Below, in pieces: positions 19,451 to 28,610 of a stretch of 64,000 nucleotides of DNA. Source of the stretch: an uncultured delta proteobacterium (lineage in GTDB: Bacteria; Desulfobacterota; Desulfobacteria; Desulfobacterales; Desulfosalsimonadaceae). The stretch's first letter is position 1. Every line of letters starts with the position of its first letter. The stretch covers positions 896,001-960,000 of the forward strand of contig CAWGYD010000006.1 in assembly GCA_963826785.1 (NCBI GenBank). Reading direction: 5' to 3'. The notes below the pieces were generated by a model. It searched no databases and had not been told where the DNA came from. It was given only the letters and a program-made list of their open reading frames with translations. Both the position numbers and the translations under genes were made by a program.

Positions 19451-20461
19451 TTAGTCTGCCATCATCACAGCTGCATTCTGGCATACACCCGCGTAGTCAT
19501 CCAGGTCCTTGATCTCGTGGATCAGGTAAGTTTTGAGCTGGCCCAGAATTTCCTTTTCAATCTGCCGGATGCGCTCCCGTGAAAGCCCCAGCCGGTCGCC
19601 CAGGGACTGGAGCGTGAGGGGCGAATCCGAATAAATTCGCAGATCGAGGATCTTTTTTTCCCGCTTGGGGATGGTTTTGCGGAAATCGGCGATTTTATCG
19701 CTGATCAGCTGCTGCATTTCACTTTCGGTAAATTCCTGTTCGACATTCTGGCAATCGGATTTGATCATGTCCAGCCAGTTGGTATCCGAATTTTCCTTCA
19801 AAGGAGCGTTTAGCGAAAAGTCCTGCTTTTTCATCCGCTGTTCCATTTCCACGATATCTTTTTCATCCACATCGCAGCGCTCGGACAGCAGTTTGGGGGT
19901 GGGTTCAATGCCCATGCTCCTCAGTTTGCGTTTTTCCTGTTTCAGCCGGTAAAAGAGCTTGCGGTACCCGCCGGTGGTCACCACCTTGACCATTCGCCAA
20001 TTGTTCTGGATGTACTTCAGAATGTAGGCCTTGATCCAAAAGGAGGCATAATGGGAGAATTTGACGTTCCGGTCCGGGTCGTATTTCCGGACGGCTTTCA
20101 TCAAACCGATATTCCCCTCCTGGATCAAATCCAGAAGATTCCAGTCCCAGTATCGCTGAAACTTCATGGCGATCTTGATGACCAGCCGCAAATTGGCCAC
20201 CACCAGCTGATTGACGGCATCTTCATCACCATATTCCTGAATTCGGAAGGCCAGTTCCTTTTCCTCTTCGCGGGAAACCAGCCGATAGGTGCCGATATCC
20301 GCCATGTATTGCTGGATCGGATCGAATCCGTTCTTTTTTTTGACGTTTGCGTCGACCGCGCGTTTTTCAGGTACTATGGGTTCCATGATTTCCTCTTCAT
20401 CATCTTCGAATACATCCGTGAAATCCGCATCGGTGGAAGCGGTATGGGGATCGAGCAGCAT
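19451..20461 (-). CDS. Sigma70-family alternative sigma factor, RpoH-like
   Basis: ANLRLV, DLIQEGNIGLMKAV, YASFWIKA, RpoH-box-like RKLFYRL, region 4 LSRERIRQIE. Confidence 0.9.
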   Translation of the reverse strand: MLLDPHTASTDADFTDVFEDDEEEIMEPIVPEKRAVDANVKKKNGFDPIQQYMADIGTYRLVSREEEKELAFRIQEYGDEDAVNQLVVANLRLVIKIAMKFQRYWDWNLLDLIQEGNIGLMKAVRKYDPDRNVKFSHYASFWIKAYILKYIQNNWRMVKVVTTGGYRKLFYRLKQEKRKLRSMGIEPTPKLLSERCDVDEKDIVEMEQRMKKQDFSLNAPLKENSDTNWLDMIKSDCQNVEQEFTESEMQQLISDKIADFRKTIPKREKKILDLRIYSDSPLTLQSLGDRLGLSRERIRQIEKEILGQLKTYLIHEIKDLDDYAGVCQNAAVMMAD

Positions 20462-20645
20462 AAATGCGACCTCCTTAAAGGCTTGGAAATTTTTCCGGTT
20501 ATCATCAGTTCCAACCCGGCCAGCCGCCGGATTGACAATTCGTTAAAAAGCCTGAATATTTTTTGAATTCATTTGAGGGTGTGTTCAATTTCAATGTTCC
20601 GTGTTGCCGTATAACCATCTATAGACGAACGTGTCAGGAAGGGAT

Positions 20646-20665
20646 ATGGGGGGAAACCGGTATTT
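20646..20665 (-). promoter_or_regulatory. Candidate operator upstream of the sigma factor
   Basis: Minus strand reads AAATACCGGTTTCCCCCCAT; 17/20 identical to the site at 22457. Confidence 0.45.
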
Positions 20666-20973
20666 TGAAATGTAAATGCAGGTATTGTAAGGCAGGGGGC
20701 GATATCGGGGTGCAGTTGCGGCAAGTACTTGATGGGCGCAGGTTTGCGCCGGGCGCTGCCGGATGACCGGCAGACACGACATTGCGGGAAAGCCGGAAAT
20801 CGTTTATCATGCAGTGATACATATAATTTTACCCCCCAATGCGGGTTTGATATCACCTGCCTGCATGCCATCTTTCAAAATATTTAATTATATTGGTACA
20901 TTATGAAAACAGTGGGCGTAATGGGTGTAGGGACCGGTCCATTGAAAAAATTTTGAAACGGAAAGGATCTGCT

Positions 20974-22395
20974 TTGAATTTAAACCCCTTCGCGAAAAAG
21001 CAGAAACCCCCGGAATATCCGGATGCACTCGTCTACGACGTGATCGTGATCGGTTCCGGCTCCGGTATGACTGCGGTGGAGAAATCGGTGGAAGCCGGGC
21101 TTCGCGTGGCCCTGGTGGATAAGGGGCCGGCCGGCGGCACCTGCCTGAACGTGGGGTGTATCCCCTCCAAAATGCTGATCGCCGCTGCCGACCGGGTGAT
21201 GGAAATCCGGGAGGCGAACAGATTCGGCATTGATGCGGCCATCACCGAAATTGATTTTCAAAGGGTCATGCAGGACATGCGAGATGCCGTGCTGCCGGAC
21301 CGGGATGGCATCGCAGAAAATCTGAAAAATCAGGCGGTATTTGATTATTATCCGGATACGGGCCGGTTCATCGGCGATTACACCCTGTCAGCAGGAGACC
21401 GGGTGATAACGGCCAATACCATCTTCATCGCCTCCGGGGCGCGTCCCGGGATACCCGCGGTCGAGGGTCTGTCCCGGGTGGATTACCTGACCAATGAAAC
21501 CCTGCTGTCGCTTGACATGCTGCCCCGGCATCTGGTCATCATCGGCGGCGGTTACATCGGCGCGGAGTACGGCCATTTTTTTTCCGCCATGGGGGCCGAG
21601 GTGACCCTGATCCAGCGGGCAAGCCGCCTGGTGCCGGACGAGGAGCCGGAAATCAGCCTGTTGCTCCAAACCGAGCTGGGTAAACGGATGACCGTTCATG
21701 TGGATACCACCGCATCCGCCGTGGAAGAAAAATCCGGTCAAATGCGTGTCATCGCGGCACACAATGGAACGGATCGCCCCTTGTCTTTTACGGCCAGCCA
21801 CATCCTGGTGGCCGCAGGCCGCCGATCCAATGCCGACCTTCTTGAGGTGCAAAAATCGGGAATCGACCTTGATGCACACGGATTTATCCGGGTCGATGAC
21901 TATCTTCAAACCAGCCGTGAGGGGATATGGGCCTTTGGAGATGCCAATGGAAAGCATATGTTCACCCATGTGGCCAATGCCGAGGCGGAAATCGCCTGCC
22001 AGAATGCATTGAACGGGAAAAAGGAGAAGATGGATTACCGGGCCGCCCCCCGTGCGGTGTTCACGTATCCGCCCATCGCCTCGGTGGGATTGTCTGAAGC
22101 AGACGCCCGCAGCAGAAAGGAGATCCTGGTGGGAAACGCTCTATATAATGATACCGCCCGGGGAATGGCCCTTCGGGAAAAGACCGGATTTGCCAAGATC
22201 ATTGTGGAGAAAAAGAGCCTGAAGATTCTGGGATGCCATATTATCGGCCCTTACGCCCCCATGCTGATTCAGGAAGTGGTCAATGCCATGTCCCTGGGCG
22301 GGCAGATGGGGCTGACGGCTTCGGGCATGCATATTCATCCATCCATGTCCGAACTGATTATCCGAACCCTTGCCTCCCTTTCCGAACCGGACTGA
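20974..22395 (+). CDS. Class I pyridine nucleotide-disulfide oxidoreductase (dihydrolipoamide dehydrogenase/mycothione reductase-like)
   Basis: GSGSG, GGTCLNVGCIPSK, GGGYIGAE, HIHPSMSE; likely TTG start at 20974 after AAAGGA. Confidence 0.88.
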   Translation: MNLNPFAKKQKPPEYPDALVYDVIVIGSGSGMTAVEKSVEAGLRVALVDKGPAGGTCLNVGCIPSKMLIAAADRVMEIREANRFGIDAAITEIDFQRVMQDMRDAVLPDRDGIAENLKNQAVFDYYPDTGRFIGDYTLSAGDRVITANTIFIASGARPGIPAVEGLSRVDYLTNETLLSLDMLPRHLVIIGGGYIGAEYGHFFSAMGAEVTLIQRASRLVPDEEPEISLLLQTELGKRMTVHVDTTASAVEEKSGQMRVIAAHNGTDRPLSFTASHILVAAGRRSNADLLEVQKSGIDLDAHGFIRVDDYLQTSREGIWAFGDANGKHMFTHVANAEAEIACQNALNGKKEKMDYRAAPRAVFTYPPIASVGLSEADARSRKEILVGNALYNDTARGMALREKTGFAKIIVEKKSLKILGCHIIGPYAPMLIQEVVNAMSLGGQMGLTASGMHIHPSMSELIIRTLASLSEPD

Positions 22396-22456
22396 TCCTT
22401 TAAGGGGCCATGTATGCGCAAAGGACAGTACCCCTATGGGGGTTAAAAAGACATAC

Positions 22457-22476
22457 AAATACAGGTTTACCCCAAT
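22457..22476 (+). promoter_or_regulatory. Candidate operator upstream of SOR
   Basis: AAATACAGGTTTACCCCAAT about 100 bp upstream of ATG 22577. Confidence 0.45.
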
Positions 22477-22576
22477 TGCCAAACAGGGCGTGATCCGTTT
22501 AAATGGGGTGAATATAGACACGGCTGGGTTCGTGCCAATTTTTGCGAATGCAAACCCTAATCAATAGGAGGAAGAA

Positions 22577-22972
22577 ATGGGACACATCGGAGAAATGTAC
22601 CAATCGGGCGACTGGAAGAGTGAAAAGCATGTGCCGGTGATCGAATGTCCGGACACGGTCAAGGCGGACAAGGATTTTGATGTGCATCTGTCCATCGGCA
22701 AGGAAATTGCCCATCCCAATACCACCGAACACCACATCATGTGGATCAAGCTCTACTATAAGCCCGAAGGGGGCAAGTTCCCCTATGAAATCGGGAATTA
22801 TACCTTCAACACCCATGGCGCGAGCACCGAAGGCGCCGACCAGGGACCCGCCTACAGCGAACCGGCGGTGACGGTCAAGTTCAGAATCAAAAAACCGGGC
22901 GCACTCATGGCCACTTCCTATTGCAACATCCACGGTCTGTGGCAGAATTCCGCCAAGATCAACGTATCCTGA
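22577..22972 (+). CDS. Superoxide reductase, 1Fe neelaredoxin type
   Basis: EKHVP, HPNTTEHHIMWI, YCNIHGLW; no desulforedoxin domain. Confidence 0.93.
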   Translation: MGHIGEMYQSGDWKSEKHVPVIECPDTVKADKDFDVHLSIGKEIAHPNTTEHHIMWIKLYYKPEGGKFPYEIGNYTFNTHGASTEGADQGPAYSEPAVTVKFRIKKPGALMATSYCNIHGLWQNSAKINVS

Positions 22973-22981
22973 TCAGAATAA

Positions 22982-23014
22982 TCCATATGCCGCCTGATTC
23001 CGGCGGCATATGGA
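22982..23014. repeat. Inverted repeat (13-bp stem) right after SOR
   Basis: TCCATATGCCGCC / GGCGGCATATGGA. Confidence 0.7.
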
Positions 23015-23047
23015 GTTTGCCTCCCGCCTCTTAAAATCCCGTGCATG

Positions 23048-23077
23048 GGCCGCAGTGAATCAGCGGCCTTTTTTTTT
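23048..23077 (+). terminator. Intrinsic terminator
   Basis: GGCCGC / GCGGCC stem followed by T9. Confidence 0.7.
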
Positions 23078-23331
23078 CTCTCACCGGCAGGTCTCAAGAG
23101 CTGAAGCGTTTATTTCCATTTTCGACCCTGAGCAAAATCTAAAGAAGCGCTTCGAATCCGCCAGCAGATAAAGAATTTGTTAGCGATCCGCTGTTATGAT
23201 ATGAAACCGTCGGGTGGTGATAAGCGCAAGGGCCGGAAAATGGCTCCCGGGAGCACAACGCCGGGCCGGCGCATTTGCCTGTATTCTTGAAATAAGAAGT
23301 TAAACCGCAGAACAAAAAGAGGCGTAAATTC

Positions 23332-24852
23332 ATGCAAGCCATAAAACAGTCCATGGTCCTGGCGGTCTTTTTATTATCGCTGTTCTGCGATGCCGCTCTG
23401 GCGGAGGAGGCAGCCGATTTGAGCGCAGATACGCAAACCTGCCTGGGGTGCCACCAATCCGTCATGGCCGGCATTCATGCCGACTGGTCGGCGGGCCGCA
23501 TGGCCCGGGTGAGCCCTAAACAGGCATTGAAGCGCCCTGTGCAGCAGCGGCGGATATCGGCACAATCCGTGCCGGACGCATTGTCCTCTCATGCGGTGGG
23601 GTGCGCCGAATGCCACACGCTGCGCCCCGATCAGCATGCCGACACTTTTGAACACAACGGATACCAGGTGCATACGGTGGTCACCCCGAAGGACTGCGCG
23701 GTTTGCCATCCCGTTGAGGAAAATGAGTATAACCAGAACGTCATGTCAGCGGCCTACGGGAATCTGAACGACAATCCGGTCTACCGCCAGCTGGCGGATA
23801 ATATCAACGGCCTGTCATCCTATGATGATGCGGCCGCGGCCCTGATCCCGGCCCCGCCCGATGCGCTGACGGATGCGGACTCCTGCTTTTCCTGCCACGG
23901 CACCCGTTTGACTGTGAAACCGCCTGTCGAGCGGGAAACGGAGATGGGGCCCATGGCCTTTCCGGTTATCTCCGGCTGGCCCAACCAGGGGGTGGGCCGC
24001 ATCAACCCGGACGGAAGCAGGGGATCGTGTGCAGCCTGCCATGCGCGGCACCGGTTTTCCATCGAAATGGCCCGCCGGCCCGACACCTGCAGCCAGTGCC
24101 ATAAGGGGCCGGATGTGCCCGCCTATAAGGTTTATGCGGTGAGCAAGCATGGCAATATCTATGCCGCTTTGAGCAAATCGGGAAACTGGAATTTCGATGC
24201 GGTTCCCTGGACGGCCGGGATTGATTTTACCGCCCCCACCTGCGCGGCCTGCCATGCCAGCCTGATCACGGCAGCAGACGGGCAGGTGATCGCCAGGCGC
24301 ACCCACCGCATGAACGATCGACTGGCCTGGCGGATCTTCGGGCTGATCTACGCCCATCCGCACCCTGAATCGCCGGATACATCCGTCATCAGGAACAAAG
24401 ACGGGCTTTCTCTTCCCACCGCATTTGACGGCACGCCGGCAGACGGTTTCCTGATTTCAAAGGAGGAGATGGGCAAAAGGACCCGGGCCATGCAGCAGGT
24501 CTGCTCCGCCTGCCACAGTTCCGAGTGGGTGGCGGGCCATTTCCGCCGATTTGAGCACACCGTCTCCACCACCAATACCATGGTGAAAACCGCCACCGAT
24601 ATCATGGCCGCCGCCTGGGAGAAAAAGGCCGTCCGGGGGATTGCGGACCAACAGAGCCCTTTTGATGAAGCCATGGAGCGCCGGTGGGTGGAGCAGTGGC
24701 TGTTTTTCGGAAACTCCACCCGGTTTTCCTCGGCCATGGGGGGCGCCGACTATGGAGCGTTCGCCGATGGCCGGTGGTATATGTCCAAAACACCCCACGA
24801 ATTGCTGGAAATGCTGAAAAACATGATGCCGACGCCTGCCATGAGGGAGTAA
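23332..24852 (+). CDS. Octaheme c-type cytochrome, hydroxylamine oxidoreductase (HAO) family
   Basis: Signal peptide; 8 CxxCH (CLGCH, CAECH, CAVCH, CFSCH, CAACH, CSQCH, CAACH, CSACH); WPNQGVGRINPDGS.GSC, CH.GPD, SKHG, APTCA.CH. Confidence 0.88.
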   Translation: MQAIKQSMVLAVFLLSLFCDAALAEEAADLSADTQTCLGCHQSVMAGIHADWSAGRMARVSPKQALKRPVQQRRISAQSVPDALSSHAVGCAECHTLRPDQHADTFEHNGYQVHTVVTPKDCAVCHPVEENEYNQNVMSAAYGNLNDNPVYRQLADNINGLSSYDDAAAALIPAPPDALTDADSCFSCHGTRLTVKPPVERETEMGPMAFPVISGWPNQGVGRINPDGSRGSCAACHARHRFSIEMARRPDTCSQCHKGPDVPAYKVYAVSKHGNIYAALSKSGNWNFDAVPWTAGIDFTAPTCAACHASLITAADGQVIARRTHRMNDRLAWRIFGLIYAHPHPESPDTSVIRNKDGLSLPTAFDGTPADGFLISKEEMGKRTRAMQQVCSACHSSEWVAGHFRRFEHTVSTTNTMVKTATDIMAAAWEKKAVRGIADQQSPFDEAMERRWVEQWLFFGNSTRFSSAMGGADYGAFADGRWYMSKTPHELLEMLKNMMPTPAMRE

Positions 24853-24876
24853 CGGTATCCGGAAATGTTGACGGGG

Positions 24877-25803
24877 TCAGTCGAGCCGGGGTTCGCAGGA
24901 TGCATCCAGGCACGGGAGCGGCACCGAGCCGTGTTCGATCTGCAGTGTCGAATGGGCAATGCCGAATTCATCGTGAAGCCGCTTTGCGGCCGTTGCGATC
25001 AGCAGGTCGTTTCCTTCCCGGTCCGGGGTCACCAGGTGAGCGGTCAGAGCCGTATCCGTGGTGCTCATGGCCCATATATGAAGATCGTGAACGGCGATGA
25101 CTCCGCTCAACTGTTGCAGCCGCTCCCGCACCCGCTGGGTATCGATGCCCTCGGGTACGGCATGCAGGGTCAGGTTCAGCGATTCTTTCAGCTGTCCCCA
25201 CAGCCCGAACAGGATGATCACCGCAATCATGAGGCTGACCACCGGGTCGATCCAGAGCCTGCCGGTGAGGACAATGCCGATCCCGGCAATCACCACCCCG
25301 GCGGAGACCCCCGCGTCAGCAGCCATGTGCAGAAATGCGCCCCGGATATTTAAATCCGACTTGCGCCCGGCCATGAACAGCAGCGCGGTCAGGGTATTAA
25401 TGATCACCCCGATGGCGGCGACAAGAATGATCAGGCTGCCCGAAACGGGCGGGGTTGTGCTGATGAGCCGTCGAAGCGATTCCCAGGAGATTCCGCCCAC
25501 GGCGACCAGGAGAATGACGGCATTTGCCAGCGCCGCCAGAATGGTCGAACTCTTGAACCCGTAAGTCCGCCGGTGAGTGGGTTCCCATGTCTGGAGGTAG
25601 CTGGCTCCCCAGGCCAGCAACAGGCCCAGAACATCGCTCAGATTATGGCCGGCATCTGCCAGCAGGGCTACCGAATCCGCAAGAACGCCGGCGGCGGCTT
25701 CCGCACCCACAAAAATCACGTTCAGGACAATCCCGACCAGAAACGCACGGTTGTAATTGACGCTGGCGGTATGGTGTTCGCCGTGGCGATGCTCATGAAT
25801 CAT
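24877..25803 (-). CDS. Cation diffusion facilitator (CzcD/ZitB-like)
   Basis: His-rich N-terminus, LLADAGHNLSD, AFLHMAAD, HDLHIW, HSTLQIE. Confidence 0.93.
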   Translation of the reverse strand: MIHEHRHGEHHTASVNYNRAFLVGIVLNVIFVGAEAAAGVLADSVALLADAGHNLSDVLGLLLAWGASYLQTWEPTHRRTYGFKSSTILAALANAVILLVAVGGISWESLRRLISTTPPVSGSLIILVAAIGVIINTLTALLFMAGRKSDLNIRGAFLHMAADAGVSAGVVIAGIGIVLTGRLWIDPVVSLMIAVIILFGLWGQLKESLNLTLHAVPEGIDTQRVRERLQQLSGVIAVHDLHIWAMSTTDTALTAHLVTPDREGNDLLIATAAKRLHDEFGIAHSTLQIEHGSVPLPCLDASCEPRLD

Positions 25804-25883
25804 GGATAAATGCTATTTCGTCCCATGTGCTCCCAGCCCGCATGCAGGGGCAAGTCCTTTTTCAGACAGGACCTCATGTGTGA

Positions 25884-26378
25884 TCAATATTCCCGTTTGA
25901 TAAAGCCGGTTTTCTTGTTCACCAGGATTTTTTCCACCAGGGAATCATCCTTGGTGACGATCCGGGCCTCATAAATCCCGCCTTTATCGGAAATCTTCCC
26001 CACCTTGAGATTGGGATTGGCCGCCACATAGTGGTCCAGCATCTGCCGGACCTGATCCTGGGACATGGGGGTTAGATTTTTTTGCGCTTCCAGGTCGCAC
26101 TGACCCCGGCCCCAGCCCTGGTGCGTCTGATATTGCTGATCGGACATGCCCTCCTGCGGCATCCCAAAGGGAATCGAACCCTCGTGATACATCATATGTC
26201 GTCCGGGTCCGGGATTGCCGCACCACGGGCAGTACCATCCCCCCTCATTTTGCAATTGCTGATCGGAAGGCTGCTGAACCTGAGTCTGAGTCTGATCCTG
26301 TTCCTGGGCCGGAAGGATTCCAGGGCAGGCCAGTATCAATGCCATTGCCACCAAAAGCGATATCCGTGTTCTTTTCAT
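25884..26378 (-). CDS. Exported protein with WYCPWCG motif and PepSY-like C-terminus
   Basis: Signal peptide MKRTRISLLVAMAL..; C-terminus YEARIVTKDDSLVEKILVNKKTG. Confidence 0.7.
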   Translation of the reverse strand: MKRTRISLLVAMALILACPGILPAQEQDQTQTQVQQPSDQQLQNEGGWYCPWCGNPGPGRHMMYHEGSIPFGMPQEGMSDQQYQTHQGWGRGQCDLEAQKNLTPMSQDQVRQMLDHYVAANPNLKVGKISDKGGIYEARIVTKDDSLVEKILVNKKTGFIKREY

Positions 26379-26591
26379 TTGTGCACCTCTCTTTTGAGCC
26401 GTCATCGTCCACCATGGGTTTAAACAGTTCTCGTTTTAAATTTGTATGCGCCTATTATCACAAAAACATAGGCTTTCACCCGGCGGGGTGCAAACGGATC
26501 TTTCTTAAATGATTGTGATGAATCGATTTTGAAATCGAAAGGATGCATCAACGTATTCAGATGACGGCGATGGGGGCGGAGAAGGCGGATT

Positions 26592-27035
26592 TTAGCGGAT
26601 GGATTCTGATTCGGCGGAAAGCAGGATCTTTTTGGCGCTTGCCTCCGCGTTGGGACCATTGAGCGGTATCGCGAGAACCGCCGGATCGGACAGGTCCACC
26701 GGCAGGCCGGTATGCGACCGGACCATATCCTCTATTGTTTTTAAATCCAGTCTGCCGGATGCGGGGTGCAGGGTCAACGTATCGTCAGGTTGGCGCTCGG
26801 ACCGGTGTCTTGCCTTGCCGGACGGCAGATAAATCGCTCCCGTGGCAAAATCGACGATAAAGGCGATCAGTCCGGGCACGATCAGGAGCAGAACACCGAC
26901 GCCATCCAGGATAGCGATGGCCGGGTCGATTCGGCCTCTGGACTGCCCGATCCGTTCCGGGTAGATCAGGGTGCCGCAAGAAGACACGGTCAGCGTAAAT
27001 GACAGAACGAGAAAGGCCGCGATGATTTTTTTCAT
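26592..27035 (-). CDS. Putative lipoprotein
   Basis: Lipobox-like VSSC followed by GTLIYPER; hydrophobic segment; DFATGAIYLP. Confidence 0.75.
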   Translation of the reverse strand: MKKIIAAFLVLSFTLTVSSCGTLIYPERIGQSRGRIDPAIAILDGVGVLLLIVPGLIAFIVDFATGAIYLPSGKARHRSERQPDDTLTLHPASGRLDLKTIEDMVRSHTGLPVDLSDPAVLAIPLNGPNAEASAKKILLSAESESIR

Positions 27036-27076
27036 AAAGTTGAGCTGAATTAATCAGGGACTGACCCTATATTCGG

Positions 27077-27107
27077 ACCCCGTATCCGACCCATTCGGAT
27101 ACGGGGT
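27077..27107. repeat. Inverted repeat (13-bp stem), possible terminator or operator
   Basis: ACCCCGTATCCGA / TCGGATACGGGGT. Confidence 0.65.
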
Positions 27108-27204
27108 ACTTTGTGGAGGAAAAGCAATGAAAAAAATAGCCATATTTTTTCCAAGCTTTTAAAATATAATAATCATGGCGTTTAAATTGTCCAGCCGGAA
27201 ATCA

Positions 27205-28440
27205 TCAGCCATTGACGTTAAAGATCCATATCCATATCACCAGGATGGCCAATGAGCAAAGGGTCACCGGGATGCCGGTTTTCGCGTGCTGCTTGAAGCC
27301 GATGTCGATCCCGAAGACTTTGGCCTGTTCAATGACGATCAGGTTGGCGATACTGCCGAGGATCAAAAGATTGCCGGCAAAGGTGCTGGAGACGGCCAGC
27401 GTGTACCAGGCCGCAGGCCCGCTTTCGCCCAGAAACCGGATCAGCAGCATGGCTGCGGGCACATTACTGACCAGGTTGCTCAACAACGCCGATATGCCGG
27501 TCAGGGCAAAGAGGTTTTGCGGATTTAAATGGTGCCGATATAAAAACGCCATCATGTGCGTTGGCATACCGGAAAGGGATAATCCCCCGATGATGATGAA
27601 CAAGGCGCAAAAAAGGGTGATCAGATGCCAGTCCACGAGTTCGAGCATCTGCCGGGATTTCATTTTCCGGCTGCATAGAAGGACGCCGGTTACGGATATG
27701 GCCGATATCTCCCGGGGGATCCGGGTGAAGAACAGCAGGATCAGGATGACAACCGCTGTGAGGCCTTTGATGCTTTGCCACCGGTTAAACTCCGGCCAGT
27801 CTGCGCCGGTGCTGTCATGGGCGCTTTGGCAACCCGCGTAAAAGGTATTGGCGTACTGGCGGCACAAAATCAGGTATCCGGCGGCCAGGGAAAAGATGGC
27901 CGGCACCACGCACCAGACCGTGAAATCGGCAAATTCCAGGCGGCCCACCTGGCCGATGAGCATGTTCTGGGGATTGCCGATGATAGTGGCGGCCGATCCG
28001 ATGTTGCTCGCCGTCGCCAGCCCCAGCAGGAAGGGCAGGGGATTGAAGCCGGATTTGAGCAGGGTGACCGTCAGCACCGGGGTAAAGGCCAGGCAGACGA
28101 TGTCATTGGCCAGAACAGACGAGAGCAGAGCGCTTGCGGCCATGATCATCAGCAGAAAAAGGCGGGGTCGGCCGCCAAAGGCGCCCAGGCGAAGGGCCAC
28201 ACGGGTATAAAAGCCGCCGAGTCGGAGCTGTGCTGAAATGATCATCAGGGCATAAAGGAGCAGGACGGTGGGGAAATCGATTGCGGATGCGGCCTGCTCC
28301 AGGGAAACAGCGCCGCACACCACCATGGCCACCGCCCCCAGCAGGGCGATGCCCGTCCGGTCCAGGGTCAGCCCGGGAACCCGTCCCAGGGCGATTCCGG
28401 TGTAGGCCAGCAGGAAAATGATCAGGGCAGGCGAAGGCAT
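27205..28440 (-). CDS. ArsB/NhaD (IT superfamily, YbiR-like) anion transporter
   Basis: LDRTGIALLGA, ANDIV, ASNIGSAATIIGNPQN, SNLVSNVPA, STFAGNL. Confidence 0.88.
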   Translation of the reverse strand: MPSPALIIFLLAYTGIALGRVPGLTLDRTGIALLGAVAMVVCGAVSLEQAASAIDFPTVLLLYALMIISAQLRLGGFYTRVALRLGAFGGRPRLFLLMIMAASALLSSVLANDIVCLAFTPVLTVTLLKSGFNPLPFLLGLATASNIGSAATIIGNPQNMLIGQVGRLEFADFTVWCVVPAIFSLAAGYLILCRQYANTFYAGCQSAHDSTGADWPEFNRWQSIKGLTAVVILILLFFTRIPREISAISVTGVLLCSRKMKSRQMLELVDWHLITLFCALFIIIGGLSLSGMPTHMMAFLYRHHLNPQNLFALTGISALLSNLVSNVPAAMLLIRFLGESGPAAWYTLAVSSTFAGNLLILGSIANLIVIEQAKVFGIDIGFKQHAKTGIPVTLCSLAILVIWIWIFNVNG

Positions 28441-28610
28441 GCGGATTCATCTCATGGTTTAGAATGCAAATTGTCCAAGGGCGCTTAAAGCATGAGAACC
28501 GGATTTTGGCAATCGGTATTTAAATCAATGATTGCCATACATGGAAAGGCCGGATGGGGGGGCATGAAATTTAAAGGGGCGCAGATTTTGATGGTTAAAA
28601 AGGTTGCGGT

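Noticed and set aside
27053..27070. ATCAGGGACTGACCCTAT as another copy of the candidate operator
   Set aside because: The similarity is partial, and it lies only 18 bp from the start codon next to another hairpin, so it is ambiguous.
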